From a virus, in IMG/VR virus record IMGVR_UViG_3300042502_001732, positions 32,001-96,000 of that record: DNA of 64,000 bases, one strand, 5' to 3'. The notes beneath the pieces are model-generated. The model did no database searches. It saw only the letters and a list, made by a program, of their open reading frames with translations, and was not told where the DNA came from. Position numbers and translations under genes: made by a program. Every line of letters starts with the position of its first letter. Within the stretch, counting starts at the first letter, position 1. Below, piece after piece: positions 1 through 10,323 of the stretch.

Positions 1-267
1 GTAAGTAAATTTGATTGGGATTTTGTTTTTATTGATGGCGATCATTCATACGAAGGAGTCAAAGCTGACTTTTATAATGTTTTACCGTACCTTAAAAAAG
101 GAACGCCTGTCGCATTTCACGACATTGCCATTTCACATTTTCATCATACACATGGATGCTATGTCGGTGAGTTTTGGAGAGATTTGAAAAATGAATACAA
201 AGCAACTAAATTTGAAGAATACCAAACTGATAAAGAATGGGCTGGAATAGGTCTACTTTTCGTATGA
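1..267 (+). CDS. class I SAM-dependent methyltransferase, Methyltransf_24-like (5' partial)
   Basis: Frame 1 reads FDWDFVFIDGDHSYEGVKADF...VAFHD to TGA at 265-267; IDGDH..E.V..D and FHD motifs. Confidence 0.75.
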   Translation, partial: VSKFDWDFVFIDGDHSYEGVKADFYNVLPYLKKGTPVAFHDIAISHFHHTHGCYVGEFWRDLKNEYKATKFEEYQTDKEWAGIGLLFV

Positions 268-284
268 AAAGACTAAATATATGA

Positions 285-1040
285 ATGGGACAAGGAAGAT
301 ACTCAAAATATCCAAACAAGGCGGGGATTTATAAATTCAAATGCATTATCAACGATAAGATTTACATAGGAAAATCTATAAACATTAGGGATAGGATAAA
401 CAGTCATAGATATACACTATCAGAAACAAATAAAAGAAAAAAAGGATATTTTGAAAGTGCTATCAAAAAATATGGATGGGATTCTTTTGAATTTGAAATA
501 TTAGAGATTGTGGAGGATTTTGATAAACATAAAGATAACGATGATCTCTTAAAGAGAGAAGCATATTACATAAAGTTATTTGATTCTACTGATCCAAATA
601 AAGGGTATAATTTATGTAAGTATTCAAGTGATAGAACTGGGGTTCCGTGTTCGGAAGAATCTAAAGAAAAATTAAGACAGGCTAATTTGGGAAAGAAACA
701 CTCAGAAGAAACCAAACTTAAAATGAAAGAAAGCTCTGCTAAATTAACTAAAGATAAACAAAAAAGACAATCTGGTAGACCTCTTCCAGAGGAAACCAAA
801 AGAAAATTATCTAAAATTAATAAAGGAAAGACACCATCTAAAAATACTATAGATGCTATTAAAAATAGAGTTCGTAAAAGGTATAAAGTCCAAACTCCCA
901 GCGGTGATTGTGTTGAAATTGTTAATATGGCTAAGTTTTGCAGAGATGAAAAATTAGGAAGGGATAGTATGGATAGGTTAGTTAGAGGGATTATAACTAA
1001 CTATATGGGGTGGACATTTATAGAAGCTGTGATAATATAG
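285..1040 (+). CDS. GIY-YIG homing endonuclease with NUMOD3 repeats
   Basis: GIYKF...KIYIGKS...R motif; HSEETKLKM-type NUMOD3 repeats. Confidence 0.9.
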   Translation: MGQGRYSKYPNKAGIYKFKCIINDKIYIGKSINIRDRINSHRYTLSETNKRKKGYFESAIKKYGWDSFEFEILEIVEDFDKHKDNDDLLKREAYYIKLFDSTDPNKGYNLCKYSSDRTGVPCSEESKEKLRQANLGKKHSEETKLKMKESSAKLTKDKQKRQSGRPLPEETKRKLSKINKGKTPSKNTIDAIKNRVRKRYKVQTPSGDCVEIVNMAKFCRDEKLGRDSMDRLVRGIITNYMGWTFIEAVII

Positions 1041-1176
1041 GAATTATTAAAGATCCGATGTCAGAAAAACATAAAGAAAAAATTAAACAGTTAAATTTAA
1101 GAAAACCTAAATCTAGAAAAATTAAAAATGTAAAAATGTAGAAATATTAGCAAATGAATAATATAAAAAATAAAGT

Positions 1177-1920
1177 ATGGACTTAACATTAATAACTTGC
1201 AATTATAATACGCCGATACAGATAGTAAGACTGTTGCAAAGCGTAAAAGAAACATCGTCACAGTTACCGAAGGTTATTGTGATGAATACATCAACAACCC
1301 AAGATTCTGATAAAATTTTATCAGATAATGATATACCTTATTATAATTTTAGAGGAGGATCGCATGGTGAATCTGTTAATTTAGCCTTTAAAAAAGTAAA
1401 AACTAAATATGTTCTATTGGTGGATTCTGATGTAATATTTTTAAAAGATTTTCTCCCAGCTTTTGAAAAATTCAAATCTTCAAATTTAACTCTTATGGGT
1501 AAAGTTGTCGGCAATGTCGCTGGTAAAAATCTGTATGAAAGAGTGGAACCTTGGTATTGTTTCATGAATTATGAAATTTTGAAAAATAAAAAAATTGAGT
1601 TTTTCGATAGAGAAAGAGTTAAGAAAAGCAAAGAGGACAATATAAAAGTATATGATATAGGTTCTACAATGTTTGAAGATGTTGAAAAATCTAATCTACT
1701 GATTGGAGATGTAGATTTAGAAAACAAATATTTTAAACATTACGGAGGAATGTCATGGCATTGTCAAAAATATAATTCTTCAGAAGATGATACTGATATT
1801 GATTTTGGTGGAACTCATCCACATGAAATTCTTTGGAATATTGGTCAACAAAGAAAAAATCAATACGATATCGAAACAGAATACTTAAAAGATATAGATA
1901 TTAAATCTTGTTTTAAATGA
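1177..1920 (+). CDS. GT-A fold glycosyltransferase (GT2-like)
   Basis: LITCNYNT start; VLLVDSDVIF DxD motif. Confidence 0.75.
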   Translation: MDLTLITCNYNTPIQIVRLLQSVKETSSQLPKVIVMNTSTTQDSDKILSDNDIPYYNFRGGSHGESVNLAFKKVKTKYVLLVDSDVIFLKDFLPAFEKFKSSNLTLMGKVVGNVAGKNLYERVEPWYCFMNYEILKNKKIEFFDRERVKKSKEDNIKVYDIGSTMFEDVEKSNLLIGDVDLENKYFKHYGGMSWHCQKYNSSEDDTDIDFGGTHPHEILWNIGQQRKNQYDIETEYLKDIDIKSCFK

Positions 1921-2669
1921 ATAAATGTTTTGTAAAAGTTGGAGGTGGGTTAGGAAATCAATTGTTTCAAATAGCCGCCGCTTATTCTTATTGTAAGAAA
2001 TATAATAAAAAATTATATATAGATATATCAGATTGGAGCGCATCTCAAGGAGTTAATCCAATAAAATATAAAGATTCAATATTTAAAAATTTTGAATACC
2101 ATTTATATTCTACTCCAGAAACTACAAAAATTGAAGAAGAAAGTTTAATTTATAAAGAACTTCCATATCATGATGGGGATGTATCGTTTCATGGCTATTT
2201 TCAATCTGATAAATATTTTATAGAACATAAGGATGAATTTGTAAATTGTTTAAGTTTGCCAAATCTTGATAGTTCCTTTATGCAAGAAAAAAATGTTGCA
2301 TTTCATATAAGAAGAGGAGATTATATTAGTTATTCTCATATATATAATGTGTGTAATACTGATTATTTTAATAAACAATTTGAAGCATTTAAAGATTATC
2401 AAATAAATGTTTTTACTGATTCTCCCGACTTTATATGTAATGAATTTAAAAATCAAAAATTCAATTTAATAATATCACATTCGGAATTAGAAGACTTGAC
2501 TTTAATGAGTTTGCATACAAATATAGTATGCAGTAATTCATCATTTTCTTGGTGGGCATCTTTGCTAGGCAAAGAAAAAGATAACATAATTGTTCCAAAT
2601 AGATGGTTCAATAATTCAGAAAATCATTATGACATATACAGATCAGACTTTACAAAAATCGAAGTATAA
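1917..2669 (+). CDS. GT11 alpha-1,2-fucosyltransferase-like
   Basis: GGLGNQLFQ, HIRRGDY, NSSFSWWAS motifs. Confidence 0.9.
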   Translation: MNKCFVKVGGGLGNQLFQIAAAYSYCKKYNKKLYIDISDWSASQGVNPIKYKDSIFKNFEYHLYSTPETTKIEEESLIYKELPYHDGDVSFHGYFQSDKYFIEHKDEFVNCLSLPNLDSSFMQEKNVAFHIRRGDYISYSHIYNVCNTDYFNKQFEAFKDYQINVFTDSPDFICNEFKNQKFNLIISHSELEDLTLMSLHTNIVCSNSSFSWWASLLGKEKDNIIVPNRWFNNSENHYDIYRSDFTKIEV

Positions 2670-3414
2670 TTTAACTGAAACATCATTCATAATACATTTT
2701 AGAAGAGATTCCGATGATAGAATTTTCAATCTTAAATGTATTTTAAATTATTTTGATACTTATATTGATTATAAAGAATTATTCATAATTAATGATGATT
2801 CTGAACTTGATAATGAATTAAAAAATCTTAAAGAAAAATATCCAAAAATATCTATAGGTTTTTTTAAAAATGATGATGTTTATCAAAGAACTTTATGTTT
2901 CAATAAAATTGCAAAAATAGCAAACGGTAAAGTGTTGTGTTTTTATGATACTGATGTTTTGGTAAAGCCAGAATGTTTACAACATGCTCAAAAATTAATT
3001 ATAACTGGAGAGTTGGATCATGTTTATCCATACAACGGATTATTTGTAGGTGTTAAAAAACCACATAGAGATTTATTAGTAAATTTTGAATTTAATAAAT
3101 TAGAATCATTATTATTAGAACGTCATATAGGTTATGACAATGAATATATGGCAGTTGGACACGATCACTCCGTTGGAGGGATGCACATGATGTCTAAAGA
3201 AGCATTTAATAAAATTGAAGGATACAACGTTAATTTTATCGGTTGGGGATGTGAAGATGTTGATATTTATACTAGATCAGGCCAGAAAAATAAAGTAGCT
3301 GGTATCAGTTCCCCTGATGCGATATGTTGGCATATTGATCATGATAATACTATAAGAACTGAGAATAAATACTATCAAAATAATTTAAATTTATTATACA
3401 GAAATAATAAATGA
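2629..3414 (+). CDS. glycosyltransferase with GT7 C-terminal-like domain
   Basis: YDTD DxD; GYNVNFIGWGCED motif; ATG 2629 preferred over 2590. Confidence 0.8.
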   Translation: MTYTDQTLQKSKYNLTETSFIIHFRRDSDDRIFNLKCILNYFDTYIDYKELFIINDDSELDNELKNLKEKYPKISIGFFKNDDVYQRTLCFNKIAKIANGKVLCFYDTDVLVKPECLQHAQKLIITGELDHVYPYNGLFVGVKKPHRDLLVNFEFNKLESLLLERHIGYDNEYMAVGHDHSVGGMHMMSKEAFNKIEGYNVNFIGWGCEDVDIYTRSGQKNKVAGISSPDAICWHIDHDNTIRTENKYYQNNLNLLYRNNK

Positions 3415-4127
3415 ATTTAAAAAAACGACCCAAATTATCAGTTGCCATTCCATGTTATGAAATGAGTGGTAAGGGTGTTGAATTTTTAGAAAAATCTTTA
3501 AACATTATTAAAAATCAAAATGTAGATTTTTCTGAAATTGAAATTGTAATATCTGATCATTCTATAAATGATGATATAAAAAAATGCTGCGATAAGTATA
3601 ACAATATAAATTTAAAATATTATAAAAATGAAGAATGCAGAGGTTCAATGTCTGGAAATATTAATAGTTGTATTAGACAGAGTTCTGGGGAATATATAAA
3701 ACCATTATTTCAAGATGATTTTTTAAATTCTTCAAATTCTCTAAAAGCTATTTTGGATAATTTGAATTCCCCATGGATAGCTCATGAATATACTCATTTA
3801 GATCTTTCGACAGATTCATTTTATAATCAAAGAACTCCTTTCTATAATGATAGAATTTTAGAAGGAATTAACACAATTGGACCTCCAACAGTGACAGCTT
3901 TTTTGAATGATAATAATTATTTCGATGAAAATTTATTATGGTTTATGGATATAGAATTTTATCACAGAATGATGATAAAATATGGTCATCCTACAATTTT
4001 AAAATGTAATGACCCTATAGCTACAGTTACAACATGGAGTGGACAAACTACAGAAACATCAATCAATCAAGTTTTAATTGACAAAGAAACCAATTATATT
4101 AAATTAAAATATAATGAAAATATCTGA
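3411..4127 (+). CDS. GT2 glycosyltransferase
   Basis: SVAIPCYE, EIVISDHS, LFQDD. Confidence 0.85.
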   Translation: MNLKKRPKLSVAIPCYEMSGKGVEFLEKSLNIIKNQNVDFSEIEIVISDHSINDDIKKCCDKYNNINLKYYKNEECRGSMSGNINSCIRQSSGEYIKPLFQDDFLNSSNSLKAILDNLNSPWIAHEYTHLDLSTDSFYNQRTPFYNDRILEGINTIGPPTVTAFLNDNNYFDENLLWFMDIEFYHRMMIKYGHPTILKCNDPIATVTTWSGQTTETSINQVLIDKETNYIKLKYNENI

Positions 4128-4689
4128 GTTATTTTTAAAATATCAAAGTGATAAAAATGAAGGATCTTTATATCCTTCAGATCATCTTAGGGGTCACACA
4201 TATGGAAAATCATATGATAAAATATTTGAAAAATTTGATAGAAAATCAAATTTCAATATATTAGAAATTGGAATTCAAAAGGGTGGTAGTATGCTGGCAT
4301 GGAAAGATTACTTTGAAAATTCTAACATTTATGGTGTAGATATAGTAGATTGTATTTTACCAGAATATAGACGAGAGGATTTTAATTATATATTTGATGA
4401 TATTAAATCTGATAATGTTACAAAAATTTTAAGTAATTTAACTTTTGATATTATTATAGATGATGGAAGTCATTTTTTGAGTGATGTTCTATTTACAGTT
4501 TCCAATTATCTATCAAAACTTAACGATGGCGGTGTTTTAATTATAGAAGATTGTCAGCACCCAGAGGGATGGATAGAAGAAATAGGAAAGTTGGTTGATG
4601 ATAATTATAGAATAATTACAGCTGATTTGAGATATGATAGAGGTCAACCTCAATACGATAATTTTCTAATTATTATAGAAAAACAATAA
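4114..4689 (+). CDS. class I SAM-dependent (sugar O-)methyltransferase
   Basis: ILEIGIQKGGS, FDIIIDDGSH, GGVLIIED. Confidence 0.85.
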   Translation: MKISELFLKYQSDKNEGSLYPSDHLRGHTYGKSYDKIFEKFDRKSNFNILEIGIQKGGSMLAWKDYFENSNIYGVDIVDCILPEYRREDFNYIFDDIKSDNVTKILSNLTFDIIIDDGSHFLSDVLFTVSNYLSKLNDGGVLIIEDCQHPEGWIEEIGKLVDDNYRIITADLRYDRGQPQYDNFLIIIEKQ

Positions 4690-4709
4690 AATTTATAATT
4701 TTAATTTAA

Positions 4710-5621
4710 ATGATAACAACCAATTTAACTGGTAATTTAGGAAATCACATGTGGCAATACGCTGTATGTAGAATGATAGCCGAACATAAAGGTTATGATT
4801 GGGGTATAAATTCAACACCAAGCCATGATTATTTTAATGGTAAAAGCCAAATGGAATTCATGGAGATTGATTATGGAAAACCTGTTGATGGTATAATTAA
4901 TTCATTTCATGAAAGATGGATTCATATACAACATGTGGATATAGTTAACATCGCGATGTTGGACAAAAGAATCTATGATATTGAAGATAACACGGTACTA
5001 TTAGGAGAAAATGGTGCATATGGTGGATTGTTTCAATGTGAAGATTATCTAATAGATAGAAAGTCTGATGTTGAAAAATGGTTTTCTATAAAACCAGAAT
5101 ATAAAAATCAATACGATAATAAATTAAAAGAATTAGGTATTGAATTGGATGAAAATTTATGCGTTATTAATTTCAGAGGGGGGGAATATAGAGGAATTTC
5201 CACGTGCTTGTTGAGAAAAGAATATTGGAAAGATGCTACCAATCATATGTTAGCAATCAATCCATTTATGGTTTTTTTAGCAATAACTGATGATCCTGAG
5301 CTGTGTAAAGAATATATGCCGTTTGATATTCAAACGTTGCATATTGATGCAGGTTTTGATTTTTATGTAGTTAATCAAGCTCATTGGTTGATAATTTCAA
5401 ATTCATCATTTGGATGGTGGGCTGCTTGGTTAAACAAAAAATCCAAAAAAACTATAGCTCCTAAATATTGGGCTAGACATAATGTCAGCAATGGGTATTG
5501 GGCTCTTGGTAATTCGTATACAAGAGGATTTACTTTTATGGATAGAGAAGGTAAATTATTCAATTATGATGATTGTTTAATTGAAGCAACTGAATTTTAT
5601 AAAAACCATAATATCATATAA
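4710..5621 (+). CDS. GT11 fucosyltransferase-like
   Basis: GNLGNHMWQY, NFRGGEY, SNSSFGWWAAWL. Confidence 0.8.
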   Translation: MITTNLTGNLGNHMWQYAVCRMIAEHKGYDWGINSTPSHDYFNGKSQMEFMEIDYGKPVDGIINSFHERWIHIQHVDIVNIAMLDKRIYDIEDNTVLLGENGAYGGLFQCEDYLIDRKSDVEKWFSIKPEYKNQYDNKLKELGIELDENLCVINFRGGEYRGISTCLLRKEYWKDATNHMLAINPFMVFLAITDDPELCKEYMPFDIQTLHIDAGFDFYVVNQAHWLIISNSSFGWWAAWLNKKSKKTIAPKYWARHNVSNGYWALGNSYTRGFTFMDREGKLFNYDDCLIEATEFYKNHNII

Positions 5622-5623
5622 AT

Positions 5624-6487
5624 ATGAGAAAAATTTACGACTGTTTTATTTTTTTTAATGAATTGGATTTACTTGAATTAAGATTAAATGTTTTAGATTC
5701 TTATGTTGATTATTTTGTTATTTGTGAAGCTTCCGTAACACACAGCGGAATTAATAAAGAATATATTTTTGAAAATAATAAACATAGATTTTCAAAATTC
5801 TTACATAAGATTATTCATTTGAAAATTGATGATATTCCTACAAATTTTTCCAATCTTCCAATTTCATCAAACGTAAATACATTCGATGAGGAATGCGTTA
5901 ATGATATTCATTCATTTATAAATGAAACAACTCTGTTTAATAAAATAACAGAAAGTCATTTTGGTAGAGATTTTTTTCAAAAAGAATCTCTCAGAAGAGG
6001 TTTAGAGAATTGTGAAGATGATGATATTGTAATATTATCTGATTGTGATGAAATTCCAAATCCTAAAGTTTTAGAAAAAGTCGATAAGTTTATCAAAGAT
6101 TATGAATTTTTTACATTTAATCAAAAGACTTATTATTATTATATAAATCTATTGAAAGAAACTTCATGGAAAGGTTCTAGAATGGGGTTATATAAAAACT
6201 TAAAAAAATATTCATTCAATAAATTAAGAGCGCAACAAAATTGCGAAATTTCTGAAGGTGGGTGGCATTTTAGTTTCATGGGAGGTTCTGAACAAGTTAA
6301 ATTGAAAATTAAATCGTATTCACATCAAGAATTGAATACTTCAGAATATATAAATAATGTTGATAAAAACATAGAAAATAATATAGATCCATTTTTTAGA
6401 GGATCTTTGACGAAAGTTGATATTGATTCATCTTATCCAGAATATATTTTAAATAATTTGCAAAAATATCAACACATGATAAAATAA
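5624..6487 (+). CDS. GT17 family GlcNAc-transferase-like
   Basis: YDCFIFFNELDLLELRL, SDCDEIP, GGWHFSFMGG. Confidence 0.85.
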   Translation: MRKIYDCFIFFNELDLLELRLNVLDSYVDYFVICEASVTHSGINKEYIFENNKHRFSKFLHKIIHLKIDDIPTNFSNLPISSNVNTFDEECVNDIHSFINETTLFNKITESHFGRDFFQKESLRRGLENCEDDDIVILSDCDEIPNPKVLEKVDKFIKDYEFFTFNQKTYYYYINLLKETSWKGSRMGLYKNLKKYSFNKLRAQQNCEISEGGWHFSFMGGSEQVKLKIKSYSHQELNTSEYINNVDKNIENNIDPFFRGSLTKVDIDSSYPEYILNNLQKYQHMIK

Positions 6488-6491
6488 ATTT

Positions 6492-7136
6492 ATGTTAGAT
6501 TTATCAAATGTAACGCTTATAGCGATGACATCTGTGAAAATACCTCAAACTATAAAAGCATTGCAATATAGTTCTAGAGATATAAAATTTGGAGCTATAA
6601 AAATTATTTCAGATATTAAACCAGATGATCTTCCTAGTGATATTATCCATGAATATACTGAGAAAATGTCTAATATAGATGATTGGAATTATTCAATTAT
6701 CTATAAACTTGGGAAGCATATAGATACCGAATTTGCTATACTTATTCATGATGATGGTTTTATTATAAATCCTAAATCTTGGAGACCAGAGTTTTTTGAA
6801 TATGATTATATTGGAGCGCCTTGGCCGTTGCCGATGGATGATTTTTCTTATAGAGATATAAATGGTGAAATTATAAGAGTTGGTAATAGTGTATCATTAC
6901 GAAGTAAAAAATTAATAGATTTACCTGTAAAATTAAATTTAGAATGGAAACCATTTCATGGCTATTATAATGAAGACGGTTTTATTTGTGTAAATTATAG
7001 ACATATATATAAAGAACACGGTATTAAATTTGCAGATATAGATGTTGCTAAATATTTTTCACACGAAACCCAATTACCAGAAACTTTTGGAATCGAACCA
7101 TTCGCCTTTCATGGAAAGAAAGGATTATTTGATTAA
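6492..7136 (+). CDS. DUF5672-like putative glycosyltransferase
   Basis: HDDGF, YDYIGAPW, VGN..SLRSKK, NEDGF, FAFHG. Confidence 0.75.
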   Translation: MLDLSNVTLIAMTSVKIPQTIKALQYSSRDIKFGAIKIISDIKPDDLPSDIIHEYTEKMSNIDDWNYSIIYKLGKHIDTEFAILIHDDGFIINPKSWRPEFFEYDYIGAPWPLPMDDFSYRDINGEIIRVGNSVSLRSKKLIDLPVKLNLEWKPFHGYYNEDGFICVNYRHIYKEHGIKFADIDVAKYFSHETQLPETFGIEPFAFHGKKGLFD

Positions 7137-7137
7137 T

Positions 7138-7815
7138 ATGAAAAAGGAAATAGTGATAGCCGCATATGATAAAGATTTACATTGGTTAAGTAGATTAAAT
7201 TCCGATGTGAAGAAAACTATATATCGAAAAGGAAACAGAAGTGAGGATATAAATGAAATTTATATAGAGAATAATAAAGGAAGATGTGTGCATACATTCT
7301 TTAATCATATTTTTGAAAATTATAATAATCTTTCTGATGTAACATATTTTGCACAAGATTATCCTTTCGATCACTGGGAAAATATAATAGAAATTATAAA
7401 TGATATTCCAACTATACAAAAAGAACAATTAAAAATAGGAGGTTATTGCGGATATCATTGGAATAGTATACAGACACCATCATCAAGTGGTGGTATTATG
7501 TGGGAATTATATCCATCCATTCATCATGGAAATGGTAATATACTTTCATGTGATAGCAAAGGACATCCTCATGCATCTGCTGATTTTCATATTGATGCTG
7601 ATAAATATTGGAATTTATTTTTTAATAACAAACCTCCTAACTTTTATGAATTCATTCCTGGGGGTCACTTTTCAATAACAAAAGAACACGCTCATTTAAG
7701 AACTAGAGATTTTTATAAAAAAGTTGTAGATTTTTTAATAGATTATGAATTTGCACCCTGGATTGTTGAAAGATTAGAGTGTTATATTTTCAATCCAAAA
7801 TATTCAACTATTTAA
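7138..7815 (+). CDS. DUF3431-like protein
   Basis: IVIAAYDKDL.W, N.GR, YFAQDYPFDH motifs; ATG 7138. Confidence 0.65.
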   Translation: MKKEIVIAAYDKDLHWLSRLNSDVKKTIYRKGNRSEDINEIYIENNKGRCVHTFFNHIFENYNNLSDVTYFAQDYPFDHWENIIEIINDIPTIQKEQLKIGGYCGYHWNSIQTPSSSGGIMWELYPSIHHGNGNILSCDSKGHPHASADFHIDADKYWNLFFNNKPPNFYEFIPGGHFSITKEHAHLRTRDFYKKVVDFLIDYEFAPWIVERLECYIFNPKYSTI

Positions 7816-7820
7816 ATGAT

Positions 7821-7848
7821 TTGACATTTCAAAAAAATTTGGTAGATT
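7821..7848 (+). promoter_or_regulatory. sigma70-like promoter
   Basis: TTGACA-16 nt-TAGATT ending 7 nt before ATG 7856. Confidence 0.55.
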
Positions 7849-7855
7849 TTAGAAT

Positions 7856-9145
7856 ATGATTTTAAAAGAAGATATTAAAACATTGGTAGGTAATCACGTT
7901 TCACCTTATATCTACAATGCAAAGGAATTTAAAGCTGGTAAAACACCGATATATTATTCTGGTCCATATTGGGACAATCAAGAGACAGAAGCTGCTCTAG
8001 ATTCATTTTTAAATGGTAAATGGATCACTGCTGGTGAAAAAGTTCATAAATTTGAAAGTCAGTTTTCCAAGAGGTTCAATACCAAATATGGTCATATGGT
8101 AAATTCTGGAAGTTCGGCCAATTTAATTTTAATTTCTGGTTTAAAGAGAAGATTTAATTGGCAAGATGGTGATGAAATCATTGTATCACCTGTTGGATTT
8201 GCAACTACAATTTCTGTAATTTATCAAACCAGACTAACCCCAGTTTTTGTAGATATCGAATGGGACACTTTGAACTTTGATATTGACCAAATTGAATCTA
8301 AAATAACAAACAAGACGAAGGCTATTTTTATATCTCCAGTTTTAGGAAATCCTCCAGATATGGATAGATTGATTGAAATTAGCGAAAAGCATGGAATTCA
8401 ACTTGTAGGGGATAACTGCGATAGTCTTGGAAGCAAGTGGGATGGAAAATATCTAAATGAATATTATGTAGCTTATTCAAATTCTTTTTATCCAGCCCAT
8501 CATATTTCAACAGGTGAAGGCGGTATGGTATGCACTGATGATGTCGATCTTAAAAAGCTTTTCGTTAGTTTAAGCTGGTGGGGTCGTGATTGTTATTGTG
8601 TAGGATCTGCCAATCTTCTACCATGCGGTACTTGTGGAAATAGATTCGATAACTGGCTTGAGAATTTTGATGGTGTGATTGATCATAAATACGTATTTTC
8701 TGAAATGGGATACAATTTAAAACCATTGGATATGCAAGGTGCTATCGGGTTGGTTCAGCTTGAAAAATTAGATGAAATTGAAAATAATAGAAGAATTTCT
8801 AGAGATACAATTTCTAAAATTTTCTGTAACAATATTCCGAATGTTAAAATTCCTAAAACCTTAGATAAGGCAGATCCTTGCTGGTTTGGAACTCCGTTCA
8901 TTTGTGAAGAAAGTGGATTAAAACCCGAATTAGTCAAATACTTAGAGGATAATAAAATACAGACTAGAAACTATTTTGCTGGTAATATTTTGTTACATCC
9001 AGGATACAAACACTTGGATGATTATAAAAAATATCCAGAAGCGAATAAAGTTTTAGATAAAGTATTTTTCATTGGTGCTGCTCCTCATTATACAACTCCA
9101 GTGTTTGAATATATTGAAGATGTAATTTCAAAATTTAGAAAATAA
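7856..9145 (+). CDS. DegT/DnrJ family PLP/PMP enzyme, RfbH/DdhC-like 3-dehydrase
   Basis: VNSGSSANL, SFYPAHHISTGEGG (His in place of the catalytic Lys), WGRDCYC..CG.CGNRF Cys cluster. Confidence 0.85.
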   Translation: MILKEDIKTLVGNHVSPYIYNAKEFKAGKTPIYYSGPYWDNQETEAALDSFLNGKWITAGEKVHKFESQFSKRFNTKYGHMVNSGSSANLILISGLKRRFNWQDGDEIIVSPVGFATTISVIYQTRLTPVFVDIEWDTLNFDIDQIESKITNKTKAIFISPVLGNPPDMDRLIEISEKHGIQLVGDNCDSLGSKWDGKYLNEYYVAYSNSFYPAHHISTGEGGMVCTDDVDLKKLFVSLSWWGRDCYCVGSANLLPCGTCGNRFDNWLENFDGVIDHKYVFSEMGYNLKPLDMQGAIGLVQLEKLDEIENNRRISRDTISKIFCNNIPNVKIPKTLDKADPCWFGTPFICEESGLKPELVKYLEDNKIQTRNYFAGNILLHPGYKHLDDYKKYPEANKVLDKVFFIGAAPHYTTPVFEYIEDVISKFRK

Positions 9146-9148
9146 TTT

Positions 9149-9964
9149 ATGATATCGGTTTTTGGAGGTACTGGATTTGTTGGTAGTGAATTTTGCCAGC
9201 AATTTAAAGATGAAGTTGCAATTATAGATAGAAATTCTTTTATCCCTATCAGTGATAAAGTTTTATATTTTATAAGTACGGTAGATAATTACAATGTATT
9301 GACAGATTCTAAAAAAGACATCAACACTAATTTAATTCATCTTATGAATGTATTGGATGAATGTAAAAATAAAAATATAGAATTTACATTTATAAGTTCA
9401 TGGTTCGTTTATGGAGAGACTGATTTACCAGCAACTGAAAGTTCTATATGTAAACCTAAAGGATTTTATTCAATAACCAAATACGCTGCAGAATTATTAT
9501 TAGAATCTTATTGTAAAACATTTAATATAAAATATAAAATCATAAGGCTTGGAAATGTTTTGGGAAATTCTGATGGTAAAATTTCTAAAAAGAAAAACGC
9601 TCTTCAATTTTTAATAAGTGAGATTAAAGAAAATAAAGATATAAATCTTTATAATAATGGCAATTTTTATAGAGATTTTATACACGTTAGTGATGTTGCC
9701 AAAGGTATCAAATATGTAATGGAGCGTGGCAACTTCAATGAAATATATAATTTAGGGTGCGGAATTCCTATAGTTTTTAAATCTATAATTGATTACGCTG
9801 TTGAAAAAACAAATTCAACTAGTAAAATTGGAATTATGGATGCTACTGATTTTCATAAAATAGTTCAAGTCGAATCTATGTACTTAGATACTAATAAGTT
9901 GAATAGTTTGGGATTTAAACCAGAAAAAAACATCTATCAAATTGTAGATGAATTATTGGAATAA
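9149..9964 (+). CDS. NAD-dependent epimerase/dehydratase
   Basis: GGTGFVG, YSITK YxxxK, RDFIHVSDV. Confidence 0.9.
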   Translation: MISVFGGTGFVGSEFCQQFKDEVAIIDRNSFIPISDKVLYFISTVDNYNVLTDSKKDINTNLIHLMNVLDECKNKNIEFTFISSWFVYGETDLPATESSICKPKGFYSITKYAAELLLESYCKTFNIKYKIIRLGNVLGNSDGKISKKKNALQFLISEIKENKDINLYNNGNFYRDFIHVSDVAKGIKYVMERGNFNEIYNLGCGIPIVFKSIIDYAVEKTNSTSKIGIMDATDFHKIVQVESMYLDTNKLNSLGFKPEKNIYQIVDELLE

Positions 9965-10311
9965 TGTTTAAAGCAATAAATCATATATTATTTGAAAATC
10001 CTTCTAAGGAAATAGATTCGGAAACTTTAGAAGAGTTTGTTCCTTATATGGTAACAAGATATTTTTCATTTTATGAAAATGGAAAATATATAGATTATAT
10101 TAATTCTACAATTAATAAATATCAAAATATTTTTTACACTAAAGAAGATGAATATAAATTTTATGAAAATGTAATTCCTAAATTAAAAAATAAAAAGATT
10201 AATTACATTAAAAAAAATAAAAAGGAAAAGACAAAAAAAGATATTGTCGAAGCAGTTCCTGATTTTTATTCAAGAAAAGAATGGGAAAACTTGACATCTA
10301 ATGATATATAA
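9964..10311 (+). CDS. possible clamp-loader small subunit (gp62-like)
   Basis: PYMVTRYFS...YKFYENVIPK...YIKK pattern recalls T4-like gp62 homologues. Confidence 0.4.
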   Translation: MFKAINHILFENPSKEIDSETLEEFVPYMVTRYFSFYENGKYIDYINSTINKYQNIFYTKEDEYKFYENVIPKLKNKKINYIKKNKKEKTKKDIVEAVPDFYSRKEWENLTSNDI

Positions 10312-10323
10312 TTAAATTTATAT

